Source of the DNA: Octopus bimaculoides
Taxonomy: Eukaryota
Assembly: GCF_001194135.2 (NCBI RefSeq)
Contig: NC_068984.1
Location: 87,142,620 to 87,206,619 of the forward strand
Length of the DNA stretch: 64,000 nucleotides
Direction of reading: 5' to 3'
This document shows, one piece after another, positions 36,595-50,449 of the stretch. Each line of letters opens with the position of its first letter. Position 1 is the stretch's first letter. Position numbers and translations under genes: made by a program. The notes beneath the pieces are model-generated. The model was not told the DNA's origin. It saw only the letters and a program-made list of their open reading frames with translations, and ran no database searches.

Positions 36595-36646
36595 CTTTTA
36601 TAGCTTCGGCTCTTTATGATCTCTCCTTTATCGGCCTTGAACTCAG
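36595..36646 (-). CDS. Candidate internal exon (52 nt, phase 1 to 2): (A)EFKADKGEIIKSRSYK
   Basis: Acceptor CTTTCCATTAATTAG, donor AAG|GTAAAA, open frame compatible with the phase-1 ends of the 54628 and 43254 exons. The longer acceptor at 36671 has stops in all frames. No homology recognised. Confidence 0.3.
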
Positions 36647-36894
36647 CTAATTAATGGAAAGTTTTGCAATCTAAATAAAAAAAAATATATGAGGGAACAA
36701 ACTTTATCAATTTATCAACATCAAATTTCAATCTCATGGAATACAGTTTAACAGATTGAAAAAATTATAAAATCTTTTCGCTAGTTTCAATTGACGAAAT
36801 CGATTTGTTAACGCGACAATGTTTATTTATAAAAATATTTTACATTCAATTTAGATGATATAAAAATAATCCAATATTATTGACTAATACATAG

Positions 36895-37065
36895 CATTTT
36901 GTCAGTCTTTACGTTCTGAGTTCAAATGCCACCAAAGCCGACTTTAACTTTCATTATTTCGGGATCGATAAAATAAGTACCATTTGAACACTGGGGTCGA
37001 TGTAATCGGTTTACCCCTCTCCTAAATTACTGGCCTTGCGCCAAGATTTGAAATTAATATTGTTA
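36895..37065 (+). mobile_element. SINE family B, 5'-truncated
   Basis: TTTACGTTCTGAGTTCAAAT..GATCGATAAAATAAGTACC..CACTGGGGTCGATGTAATC. Confidence 0.85.
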
Positions 37066-38477
37066 GGAATTTATTTTGATGGTCCGTCAAGACTAGTAGA
37101 TCTCCAAAGAGCTGACTTAAGAGTCCAGAGATTAACTCAAGGTAGAACTGGTTGTCTTTTTGCAACGAAGAAATGTGTCTATATAGTGGACTGCACATGA
37201 ATCTTAGTGTGTATTCGCATATAGCCTTTTTTCCCTTGAATTTTCAACTCCTGATGAAGTCGGAAGAACACTGTTGTGACCTACAGCGTGTCTTGATCAT
37301 TTAAAATGCAATGGAGCCCATGCCTCTCGATATCTGAACACAGTCAATTCCTTCCAGGAGAGAGAGAGGGAGAGAGAAAAGGGAAGGAGAGAGTGAGAGA
37401 GAGAGGAAGAGAGAGAGAGAGAAGGCAGAATCGAAACCATGAAAGAACGAAAGTCAAAGTTAATCTCGGCAGGATTTAAACTCAGTGCAGGATGCCGGAA
37501 TGAATAATGCAAGATAACGTTTAAACGACTCTGACAATTCAGCCCCTATATATCCATAAGTACACACATATTAATTTCTTTTTCTCTCATTATTGGTTTT
37601 GCCACACATAAATAGCCTAGATTACGGCTGTTATCCTAGTCTAGAATAAGATAACAGTGGATGGTGGTGGTAAGGGATAGGATAACAGTTGAGAAACTAC
37701 GATAACAATGTGGAAAAGTGATGTTTATAATGTTAACTTTTGTCGACCTTAACTAAGAGAAACTGTTAATCTAATGTCCATGTATTTGTGGTCACAGTCG
37801 ATAAAATAATATACTGAACACTGCTAATTTCTTATAGAAAAAAGACAGAGAAGAATAGATTCTGAAAGAAAGAGAGGAAAGATTCGATAGGCAGGATTTG
37901 AATTTGGAATACAGATAGTTAGAAGACCGCAAGGATCTTCTCAACTCGCATAGACTAATCTAATTTTACAAAGTTACTGCAAACCACTGTTAATTTTATA
38001 ACAAAATGAACATTTCTCGATGATTTAGCTGTTGTGGCTATTTAGTGATAGGTCAAGCTTGATCAAGCAGACATGATTAAAAGATTCCGACATTGAAAAT
38101 TTTGTCTTTATTTTGTTTACAGGTATAATATATCTAGGACTACTTTATCCTACTGAATCCTTCTAGTTTTAAGACTGTAGAGTATAGCTTCAGATGAAAG
38201 TTGTCTGCTATTTCTAATAAATAAAGCAATCGTGCTGAGGTCACCAAAACGATCGATTAAGTTTTCTTTTTATACGATTGCACGCTTAAAGTATGCAGGC
38301 GGTCGAAAAATATTAAAAATAAAGATTTATATCTATAAAAAACAAAGGGGAAATTGTGGTGTTCCGAAAATAAAAATTACCTTTCAAAATACAGCTTATC
38401 TATATTTTACGTATGATTGGTAGTAATTTTTATCAGAAATAACATGTTGAAACAATACCGCATTTTGGCGAGATAGA

Positions 38478-39293
38478 CCCTATTTGCCGGCATGTAAGAC
38501 GCACTGTTTTTACTTTTATATTTATCCAAAAATTGCCCTACATCTGAAGCGGCCGTATTACGGATAGGAGACCGAATGTTGTACGTTAGGGAACCCGAGA
38601 AATCCGCTAAGCCCAATAATTGTTAGAAATAATAGAATATTGAAAACATGTTTATTTGTCAGTCTCTTAGCACAGACTTATAGAAAATTGTTTACGCTAC
38701 ATTGTTATGGAAATATCTCATTATACCTCATCCCCCAACATACATAACCCACATCTAATATGTGTCTTATATTATTTAATGTCTGTGTTATCATTAAGAA
38801 ACATTTCTTAATTATCTAAATAATAATTCTCTTAGAAATATGAAAGGAACTTTATACTTTTATCAAGCTATCAGTTAATTGCAATGAATGGATTACAAAA
38901 AATCCATAGCGATGTTGACCGACTGAGGTAATACAATACATCACAGTAAAATATACGATTTTAAATGCTGTGTAGCAATTCTTTTGACAAAATATCAACA
39001 AAATACACAGTTTATCTGAAAGAAGATATGGTTGAAATATGGAACTCGTATAACATAGCTAATTTATGATAAAATTATGGTTTCATACTTATTCCAGTAT
39101 ACTGTCGAGTATACTGTCAAAGCATTGTATCTACATGCACAGAATCATTCATTTCCCCCTACAAAATTACTTTAAAATGTCTACCAAAAAGTGCATGATG
39201 AAACATGCTAAATTTGTTTTTTTCCACAAAATATACTTGTAAAATAGGGGAGCGTCTTATACGAGAGTGTGTCTTATATGCCGGCAGATACGA
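38478..39293. mobile_element. pogo/Tc2-like non-autonomous DNA transposon
   Basis: Imperfect 27-bp TIRs CCCTATTTGCCGGCATGTAAGACGCAC and the reverse complement TCGTATCTGCCGGCATATAAGACACAC; TA on the right flank; internal GCGTCTTATACG subrepeat. Confidence 0.68.
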
Positions 39294-39536
39294 TATTTGT
39301 TAATAGCAAATATTTTGTCTGTTCTTATTGTTACTATCTTCGCAGAGGCACCAGTGTTGTCTAAAATATATTTTTGGTAATTCGAAGAAGATAAGATAAG
39401 TGTGAAAGTCAATAGAGTTCACACTCTCTCGGCATAGCATATGTCTCTCAATTACCAAATATAGTATGATTTATTGATGCGGCAAGTTATGGTTTCATTT
39501 TCTCTTTCTTTCTCTATTTTATTTTCATTTCTTCCG

Positions 39537-39745
39537 TGTTATTTTCTTTTGTTTGGTTATTGTTGCTGTTTCATTCCAAATCAGCCCTGATTAAAGAGAC
39601 CCATGAAAGACATTCCAGGCATGACCATCCTGTATTTCTCTTATGTACAAGGAACCCAGGATCCCATTATCTAACCTGTTTTTCTAAGACGGTAGGATGT
39701 AATTCGAAGTCTATTTCTAGCAAGTAGAGAGACCATGTAGCGGTT
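39537..39745 (-). mobile_element. SINE-like repeat family D
   Basis: TTGTTGCTGTTT..CAGCCCTGAT..CATTCCAGGCATGACCATCC..CATTATC..CTATTTCTAGC..GACCATGTAG; matches the other D copies. Confidence 0.75.
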
Positions 39746-40079
39746 GTCTTGTTGGTTCCTAGGGTGGAGATGACTTAGTTGACTTGGTGTTTGGCCATTT
39801 GCATTGGATTTTATTCTTCTTCTTCCTCTAATTACTACAATATTATTTTACCTTTCATATATCAAGTCAACGAGGCAGCCTTTACATAACCGTTCAACTT
39901 ACTAGAAATAGCAACCAAATCTTCAAATTACCCATTACAATCTTGAACTGTGATACCTGAAGTATCGTTCTATCATTTTCTGTTTTGGTAACAACTTTGT
40001 CTCCCTGCCCTTCTCCCGTTAGCAATATCTAAACCTCTCTTTTCTATCTACCTCTGGTAGAATCATGAAAGTGTCGTAT

Positions 40080-40262
40080 AACGTTTTGTGGTGTTTAGTA
40101 ATGATTCTTGACGTTCTGAGTTTAAATCCCACCAAAGTCCACTTCCCCTTTCATCCTAATCGTAATGATAAAAATAAGTACTTGTACTAAGGAGTCGATA
40201 AAATCGACTACCCCTACCCACCAAATATATGGCTTTGTGTCCACGGCAAACCTCTTTATTCC
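40080..40262 (+). mobile_element. SINE family B, degenerate
   Basis: GACGTTCTGAG.TTAAAT..CCTTTCATCC..GATAAAAATAAGTAC..GAGTCGAT. Confidence 0.7.
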
Positions 40263-41059
40263 TTCTATTCTCCTACGTAGCCGACTATGAAACACATAAA
40301 AACGTACTCGCACAAGCATGACTTTCTGATTACTTATCAAAATATTTCAAAGTTTTAAAAAGATTATATATAACTGCAATTCCTTCAGTTTAGAAAGAAA
40401 AAAAATCTTTAATTTCTCCATCGGGAGAAACTTACAGAGGGGCCTAGTTACTGGGAGAAGAGCTTTAGTAAGAACTTAGATAAAACAAACTATGCATGTA
40501 CAATTACCTATGTATCACCAGTTATCTATCATAATCTGGATTATATAAACTAAGATGTTTACGAGTTGCTTATGATTTATAGTAAAAGTATGAGAAATAA
40601 CTTGGAATTTAAACCCTCTTCCTATAAATATAGATGGAATTTAGATAGTTTGTAAGCAAGATAGCGATGTAAGGCAAAAGAAAAATGTAAATCGAAGATT
40701 AGGACCCTAATTTTCTTGTAAAATGTTTCAAAAGTCACATGCACAGTCATAAGTTCTAGCTGATTACAAACAAGTAAACAGACTTCCACACACATAAGCA
40801 TACAAAAATATATAAGTGATTAGATTTCAGACGTGACCTAAATTTTTAATATTTATGGAAGAGTATAAGGAAGGTCAATATATATTGTGCTATCTTTAAA
40901 AAATATGTCAAAGTTCAAAGTATTCGATTCAATAATAATGTATATAGCTTATGACTGTAATAAATTCCCCTTGAATTCCTTTTTGTTTATCAAACATTTC
41001 TCACTACTTTATTTCTAATTTGAGTCATCAGACATGTCATTGCAACCAAAACTGTAACT

Positions 41060-41525
41060 GAGGAGAATATAGGAAGAGTATTTCTGTAAGTGCAGCCCAT
41101 CCTACTCATCTTCCCAATACTCTAGATTTTTACATATCTTGTTCCGTTCTGAGATACAGATATCCCACCATCTGTCTTCAACTTATCTCCGCTGTCCTGT
41201 CTACTCTCTGTATTCTAACATTTTTTTGGTGAAATTTAGTGTTTAAACATGCACAGAATCAAATCTCCCTACCTCTCACCTGGATTTCTGCAATACATAT
41301 TTCTAGTTACTTTGGCTCACAGATACTCTCTTATTCAAAGTTTCTTGTCGCTTCCATTCTCTTCACAAGCGCTTGTTCGACTTATCTCCCGTTCTGCAAC
41401 GAGAATATCTATTTCACGTCACCTCTCTCTGAAAACATAATCCTAGGTATACTCTGCACAGTAATTCCATCCACGAACCCATTGTTGATTAACGAAAAAA
41501 TGATTAGTTGTGCTTCGATCAATTA
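41060..41525 (-). mobile_element. Decayed RTE-like LINE 3' remnant
   Basis: YLG..F SERGD..DI, DKLKT and RWAxHL-like motifs across frameshifts. Confidence 0.45.
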
Positions 41526-42096
41526 TTAAGGGAACATTCCCTATATGTAAGATAGGTATATCAAATTGACATCTTATAATTCTCATAAAGTGTGCAGAAT
41601 TTGTTCAAGTAATCTCTGTTTTGAGTTGTTGGATGGTGGACTTGGGTTCTTTAAGCTGGGTCCTCCCTGTTGCAAGTTGGTTTAAGGATGTTTTCCTCCC
41701 TTCTCACTGGTCTCAGACTATCTGGAAAATAAAGGATAAAGAAAGCTGTTTCTTTTCCTTTTCCCCTGACTAAACGGTAACCACCCCCAGTCATCCACTA
41801 AAAGTTTATTTTAACTTCAATATGCAGTCTCAGATCATGTAACTTTACCAATTTTTATTGTGTGTTAGTGTTATTTAGACATTATAATCCTGTCCATTAT
41901 TATTGTGTCCTAGTGTGATTAGACATAATAACCTTGTCCTAGAACCTAACCAATTGTGTGCTAAAGTTGCTATTGTTATTACTTGATCCCAGGTCAATCT
42001 TGATCAAGTGACATTTGACTGATATTCCAAGTAGGTCGAGACCACGTTGAAGATCGTTCTGTCGTATTGCAAACTCTTGAAAGTCTGAAAGAAGGG

Positions 42097-42195
<99 letters not shown>

Positions 42196-42203
42196 GCACA
42201 CAC

Positions 42204-42368
42204 ACGACGGGCTTCTTTCAGTTTCCGTCCACCAAATCCACTCACAAGACTTTGGTCGGCCCGATGCTATAGTAGAAGACATTTGCCCAAGGTGCCAAGC
42301 AGCGAGACTGAACCCGGAACCATGTGGCTGGGAAGCAAGCTTCTTACCACAAAGCTACGCCTGCGCCT
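42204..42368 (-). mobile_element. SINE family A following a (CA)n(CT)n tract at 42099-42203
   Basis: Near-identical to 181-337. Confidence 0.92.
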
Positions 42369-42786
42369 TTATGTAAAATTGAATTTGGAGTATATTCAAA
42401 ATTTTGATTATACTTAATAAAACTGACATGAAATGTACCCAGGCACATAAGTTCATAAGCCCACACAAACACCCTCTCACACAAATACAAGTTCACATAC
42501 ATAAATATGTACATGCGTGCAACATTATTTTAAAGATGCATGAAATGTCACCAACATCAATCAGAAAGGAATGTGAATGGGCGAAATTTTAGATTATAGA
42601 AGGCAACGGTTCAAATCTTGGAAGAATTGATGTACAACTACTTACACAGTCTTTGTATTCTTATGTGTATGTGTGTGTATGGGACTGTGTGTGTGTGTAT
42701 GGGACTCTGTGTGTGTATGGGACTGTGTGTGTGTATGTGTGTGTGAATGCGCGCGTGAGTGTGTGTGTGCATGTGTTTGTGTGTGT

Positions 42787-42839
<53 letters not shown>

Positions 42840-43253
42840 CATAGTATGAGTACAGTAATGAACACTGCCTCCGCATCGTTCAGTTATAAAAACATTCCTC
42901 TTCAGATGTATAGATATTTATAAAATCCTCTGCAATTTTATATAATTTTAAAATAATTTACGCACAAATATCAAAACATTTAAAGTTCACTATTGACTCT
43001 TTCAACTGGAATCAACAAAAAGATGGTGTATTTTGGCTTGACTTGTCTATACAAGACACATTTGAAATTTTAGGATGCTATTATCTAAACCTATTGTAGT
43101 GAATCGAGGACAAATCTGACAAGTCGTGTTAAATTGGATGTCTATTGCTTTATGGAACCAAAGTACGTGACACGAAATGTTAGGTACGTCGGTACGGTAA
43201 CTCTCATAAAAGGTTAAACACTCAGGTTAATATGACCCTCTGGCCCTTGATAC

Positions 43254-43341
43254 CTTTAACTGAGCTTATTCTATAGCGAGCATTCCGACCAGATCTCGAC
43301 ACTGAAGATAGCTTCCCTCCTTCATTGCCGTCGTGGAAGCC
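43254..43341 (-). CDS. Candidate internal exon (88 nt, phase 0 to 1): GFHDGNEGGKLSSVSRSGRNARYRISSVK
   Basis: Acceptor AATATTTTTCAG, donor AAG|GTATCA, GC-rich relative to the flanks, and only this frame is open. No homology recognised. Confidence 0.4.
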
Positions 43342-43489
43342 CTGAAAAATATTATTTGCTAAACCATTTATAATAAATAAATAAATAAAATAAAAGGAAA
43401 GAGTCATATTAACTGATCCCAATTCTTCTCAGATTATATTATAAGGAATTTAAACGAAAATGACAGTCTATCAAGTAAATGTGGATTAC

Positions 43490-43660
43490 AGTGCTGGTTT
43501 ATACTGCATCACAGTATCTACTTTTTGATGGTCTAGGCCGACTTAGACAACACTCGTCTCCCTTGTCTCGTTCCCCTATACTTGTTCGCACTCCCAAGCT
43601 TAAATGTGCATATCTCATTCGTTTCCTGTCCATGATTTTATTTGCACAAAAATCACCTTT
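43490..43660 (-). mobile_element. Possible LINE C-terminal remnant
   Basis: KRMRYAHL..SRPRPSK..D resembles RLRxAGH..GRP motifs. Confidence 0.35.
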
Positions 43661-44909
43661 TTCTCTTTGCTTTTCCGTTTCAACAACCAATTTTAAACTG
43701 ACTGAATTCTTAGAATTTTTGTACCTCTACAGAAGTGCATCTTTCGAACTGTTCAAGTAGCATCAAACTGCCTTAACAATGCCTTTAAGCAGCATGGGGA
43801 GGAAGGGACGAGCGCACCTTTTCCATTCTACAAATGATTAAGGTCTGTCTGTGGACTTTCAGGATGGACAACTAACAACATTTTATGACAATTGTATTTT
43901 GTTACTGTAACAAAAGTCGTCATCTTTCATATCTCATTCTTTTTGCTTATTCTCATATTGCAAATACATTGTGATTCGGCTTTAAATATGATTTATTATA
44001 CTAAAAAGTCCCATGTTATTACCTATGTAAAAATCTTTACAAATCCCATCATCACATGCTTTGCGAACATTAACCCATTACCTCCCATAATTCTAGTAAC
44101 TGGAATTTTTTTTATGAAACTTTGATTTCTAGCATAAAACAGCCTTAGAAACACGCTGGAATGATCAAAATAACATTTCAATTAAACATTTCAAAATAAC
44201 ATTTTAAATCGAAATAAGCGAGATATTGTGTTAAAAATTAGCAAACCACATTTGAATATCAGAGAAATATACCTAGTAGATATAGCAAAAAGGTTAGATA
44301 TGTGTAAATATTGACAGATAATTACGAAATTAGTAATTTTTAAGTGATCTCATATGACATCACTGGTAGGTAATGGGTTAAGATTTATTTAAATTAAATA
44401 AGCTTATTATGCGAAAACATTTAGTGTCCATATCTAATTCTATTCCATCCATTGTATGCCATATTTTCTTTTTAGTTTTGTGCCCCTATATTAAATTTTT
44501 ATATTTGTATGGAAATTACTGAAGTCGGCGAGGACTTATATAACGAAATTATTTTGGACCTTAGCACCTTACCTATCATGTTTTCTGATCACTGATAATA
44601 CAATGTCCTACTCATTTCAATCTCGACAAAATTTTTTTTAAAGAATATGTTTAAAATGTAAGTATTGTATCTGGCTTAAATATTTTATTTCTAAGAAATA
44701 CGACCGCTCTATACACTAAGCGCTCCCCGTAGCACCCCTTTGTGCGGTCGTTCACAAAGGGACGCTACCTCTTGAATTAAGAACCACTGATTTAGACCAT
44801 TTAATCCATAGGCCAAACACTATTGACTTAAAGGAGTATCTAATACCAGCACTTTCCTTCAAACCGAAAACTAACGGGTTAAATGTGCTACAAAAACAAA
44901 TCTTATATA

Positions 44910-45325
44910 ATAGGCGCAAGTGTGGTTGTGTGGTAAGAAGCTTGCTTCCAAACAATATAGCTCCGGGTTCAATCCCACTACCTGGCACCTCTGGCAAGTG
45001 TTTTCTGCCATAGTCTCAGGCTGACCAAAACTTTGAGCGAATTTGGTTGACAGAAACTAAAAGAAGCCCGTCATATATATATATATATATATATATATGC
45101 GTATGTGTCTTTGTGTCTGTCCCCCACCACCGCTTGACCACCGATGTTAGTGTGTTTACGTCCCTTCAACTTAGAAGTTCGACAAGAGAGAACGATACTG
45201 TAAAGTACCAGGTTTAAAATGTTTTTTAATTTATACTAGAGCCAATTCATTCGACTAAAAATTATTTAAGGCGATGCCACAGCATGGCTGCAGTCTAATG
45301 ACTGAAACAAGTAAAAGAAAAAGTA
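44910..45325 (+). mobile_element. SINE family A full composite
   Basis: Head GGCGCAAGTGTGGTTGTGTGGTAAG, TA tract, 3' module ending GCAGTCTAATGACTGAAACAAGTAAAAG. Confidence 0.88.
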
Positions 45326-45869
45326 CTTGAAACTTGTTATATAGTAGAAAATAATACCAAACTGGATTGACACTAAGGAATTACGTGAACCAGAAGGAAA
45401 CATTATCTATTATATCTATTATCTATTATATCTATTATCTATTATATCTAAGCAATACAGAGTTAGTATAGGCACAAATTATTAAAAAGAAAATATTAGG
45501 CGCGTTAAATTATTGCTGTTATTGTTATTTAACTTTCTCAGCCTTGATCGAGTAAATTTATGACCAAATGTGTTTTAATCGTTACTATCCTGCCTTTATG
45601 CTGATGTCGGTAATTTTGTAGTCATAGAAGAGGATTATCCAATATGTGTCTCTCCTTAATGTAAAACAATTGGCAGGATGCGATTTGAGAAAGATTTAAA
45701 TGCTATTTCTAGTACATAGCCGTACTATGTAGAAGCTTTCTCATTAGGTCGGGAAAATAAATTTCCTGCAATGATGTCACATGATAAATACTAGCAGAGA
45801 TATCTGACGTTGATCAGGATTATACAGGAGAGTGAAGCATTGACGACAAAACCTTTGTGGAGTAAATGA

Positions 45870-46195
45870 TGAGCTAATTCGACTAAGTGACATGTCATGC
45901 GTCCGGTTGGAGGAATTCAGGCCCTAACCTGTCATGGAAAATTAGTGTTGGAGGGTAAGTGAATTTTGAACGCACCGAAAAGCTGTCAGTGAATATATTC
46001 TCCTTTGCGGCGGTCGGCGCTGCATCTAACACGACCCATCGTATGGTTGACAATCGAATGAATGTAGGTGTAATGGAGATATTGTACGTAAATGGGTACA
46101 TTCCGCAAATGGGCTACAATGGGAGACGGCAACGGGGAAGTGAACTGTTGAAATGTTGCAAAAGGCGAAGGGTTGACATTAGATTGCTGGTGTGG
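45870..46195 (+). mobile_element. RTE LINE 5' fragment (start of APE domain)
   Basis: ATMGDGNGEV..EMLQRRRVDI matches the RTE N-terminal NVGTM..GEVVEML.RRRVDI motif. Confidence 0.6.
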
Positions 46196-46254
46196 CTGTA
46201 GAATAAGAAACAGAAACTGAGCCACATACACATTCATATGCAAAATGTAACGAC

Positions 46255-47790
<1,536 letters not shown>

Positions 47791-48185
47791 TATATATATA
47801 TATAGAAGATAGATTAGAAACTTCGCGTTGAAGTACGTTACGCCATAATTGTTTTGAAACATTATATAACAACACTGTTGCAAAGTCAACCTGCTGTAAA
47901 AGAATTTTGTATTCTGTTCACCTTCGATGATAAATAGGTAACAAATTCCTAAATACTGTTGTTATAGAAACATCGGTGTAACCTGATATTATGAACCAAT
48001 GCTTCACATAAAGCATTGCTAAAATATGCCTCCAGAAAAAAAAAAACTGCAAGAATAAAGTAAATGGACTGATTGAAAGGTAATCAGATGTTTTTGATCT
48101 GAACGTTTGATGAACGTAACGATTTTAAAACTACTTTTTTTGCTTTCTAAGCAGGAGGTTGATTTCACTGCTATTTGAATGTATG

Positions 48186-48380
48186 TCATTATTCAGTTTA
48201 TTTCAAAATTTCTTGCCAATAGAGAAAGAAACGGTTTCTAGCCTAGATCCAAGGCTCCTTCAGTGGAATTTCAACATCAATAACGGAGTATTTTTGTTTG
48301 TATGTATGTACGTATGCGTGTATGTATGTACGTATGCGTGTATGTATGTACGTAGTACTACGTACGTACGTGCGTATGTG

Positions 48381-48412
<32 letters not shown>

Positions 48413-48557
48413 TGTATGTATGTATGTATGTGCAGATTTGTAAGTTTTATGTATGTATTCTCATGCATATAGTTGCATGTCTAGACGTGCTCATATATAT
48501 TTAAATGACAAACCTCTGGAAAGTTTTACAGATTTTTACAGTTCCAGTGATGGATTG
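48186..48557 (-). mobile_element. R4/Dong-like element 3' end, severely 5'-truncated
   Basis: Aligns with 55308-55685: terminal module, internal (CATA)n and GTVKIC coding tail. Abuts (TATG)n. Confidence 0.85.
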
Positions 48558-48941
48558 TATGTATGTATGTATGTATGTATGTATGTATGTATGTGTTGTA
48601 GGGAATTAGTAATAATGGTACACTCCTCCCACGTGACTAATGGAATAACCTAGTCACTATAAGTAAAGAGAAGTACGTGAAGTACGGGAGTACGTGGTAA
48701 GCGGTGTGGTGTATTCACTTTCGTGTTACGGTCTGTTATAAGTTTATTATCTGGAGTTTATTGTTGAATTGCCGTTGATTTTGTTGCAGGTTTTCCCTTT
48801 TGAGATTACTTTTGTTTTAAAAATTGTTTAAAAACTGTTAGTGTCTTGCGACTCATTGTTAGCTTTTACAAGCTTGTTTCCTGTTGGTTTCCCCGTTTGG
48901 GGGTGAAGCGTTTACATTTTGTGTAGGGGGTCCTATACAAA

Positions 48942-49679
48942 ATGGATGACGATACATTTTACGAGCTCTGCGAGAGCGAGAATGAGAAGGACTACACAAG
49001 TGATTCTGGAGACAGTACGGATGATTATGTGGCCGCAGCACAAAGGATAAAATGTTACAACATCAAGCCTGAGGCAGTCAAGAAGTTCCAGTCATTTCTT
49101 CATTGGGAAGGAGACAACGTGAGGCTAAATCTCTCCAGGAAGGTGATGGAAGGAATTAAGACAAGAACAATTGTTTATAGGACGCTATCTTTGAAGACCA
49201 GAAAAATAGAGGAAATCGAAAAGGCATTAAGGCCTATTATGTATAAACTGGCGTATGTTAAGCGCGGAAGAAAGTTTGGAATGGTAGAGGTGCAGTTTGT
49301 GGCTGAGAGCGATGCCAAGATGGATTTGGCGACCACCCTGCAGATAAGCGGATTAGCTCTTTTATCATCATATCTCGGTAAAAGAACAACGAAAATAATG
49401 ATAAACGGGTTCGACCCGGAAATGAAGCCAATGCGGCGCTTGGCGGCGGCCTTCGCCAATATGAAAGAGGAGGTGACACTTTTGGAGTTGGAAGGAAAAA
49501 GTATCCAGAACTGGTGTGGCAGGGGCGTAAGAGCAACAATCCAGGCCACACCAACAGATATTGACAGCATACCGGCGTTCGTCATCCTTCCGGGTGGTAC
49601 AAGAGTGGAAGTCGTTGTTCAGGGCAGAGTACCAAAGAGGAGACGGTGGAAGGAAAGACAGTCACGTAGAAAGAAGTAG
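48942..49679 (+). CDS. Tx1/L1-clade ORF1-like protein, 245 aa open frame, zinc knuckle absent
   Basis: YLGKRTTKIMING..IPAFVILPGGTRVEVVVQGRVP resembles the RRM region of Tx1-type ORF1 that normally precedes CCHC; a downstream out-of-frame KWQVAGRKRK continues the ORF1 tail. Confidence 0.6.
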   Translation: MDDDTFYELCESENEKDYTSDSGDSTDDYVAAAQRIKCYNIKPEAVKKFQSFLHWEGDNVRLNLSRKVMEGIKTRTIVYRTLSLKTRKIEEIEKALRPIMYKLAYVKRGRKFGMVEVQFVAESDAKMDLATTLQISGLALLSSYLGKRTTKIMINGFDPEMKPMRRLAAAFANMKEEVTLLELEGKSIQNWCGRGVRATIQATPTDIDSIPAFVILPGGTRVEVVVQGRVPKRRRWKERQSRRKK

Positions 49680-50046
49680 CAACCGTTGACAACTTCTGCA
49701 AAGGTAAGTGACAGTAAATGGCAGGTGGCTGGGAGGAAGAGAAAATAAAAAATTACTCGTTCCCTCCTCTCAAACCAAAAAAGTCAAAAATTACAAGACT
49801 TTACAAACAAGAACACACATGAACATTTAATAGAAACAAACGAAAAGAATCAAAAATAAAAGAAAAACACAAAAAGCTGAGATGACTTCACCAAGCAAAG
49901 TGAAAAAGAAAAACTTTGATAATTTATGTTAGTTTTTTTTTTAAATGTTCAATGTTGCCTGGGTTGTAGGGTGACCATCATTTTATCTTTTCATTTATTA
50001 ATCCATACACCTGCTCATTCGACTTTTTCCCTTTTTTGGCTCTACA

Positions 50047-50420
50047 TGTAATGGTCCTGTATCGTCCTCTCTTTGTTCGACCCTGTGTGGTCAGAGATAG
50101 TCAGGCTTTTACTGGTTATACCGAAGTGGGCGTTATAACAATCCGACATATTAAGGATATAACGGTGGCGATGAAGATTTTAACAACTCATGAGGAATTA
50201 ACAACTCATGAGGAGGTAACAAACACACAAAAGTTTTTGTTGTGCGAATTTTACGAAAAATAAATCGGAAAATTATGGAAAATTTATTGGCCGGTTTGTT
50301 CGAGTTGCAAAAACAGAAACAACAGCAACAGAAAGAACAACAATAGCAGCAGCTACAACTGCAAGAACAACAGCTGAAGCAACAACACCACCACCACCAA
50401 CAACAACTAAATTTAGTCCT
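50047..50420 (+). mobile_element. Probable Gypsy LTR, PBS and start of gag
   Basis: TGTAAT start, ..ATAAC(G) end, then GTGGCGATGAAG (TGGCGACGAG-like PBS) at 50165, and MENLLAGLFELQKQKQQQQ at 50273. Confidence 0.45.
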
Positions 50421-50449
50421 AAATTTTTTTTTAATCTAAAAAAAAATTT

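Noticed and set aside
37255-37295. CTGATGAAGTC...GAC as a hammerhead
   Set aside because: Has the CUGAUGA core and a possible helix II but lacks GAAA and a paired helix I/III.
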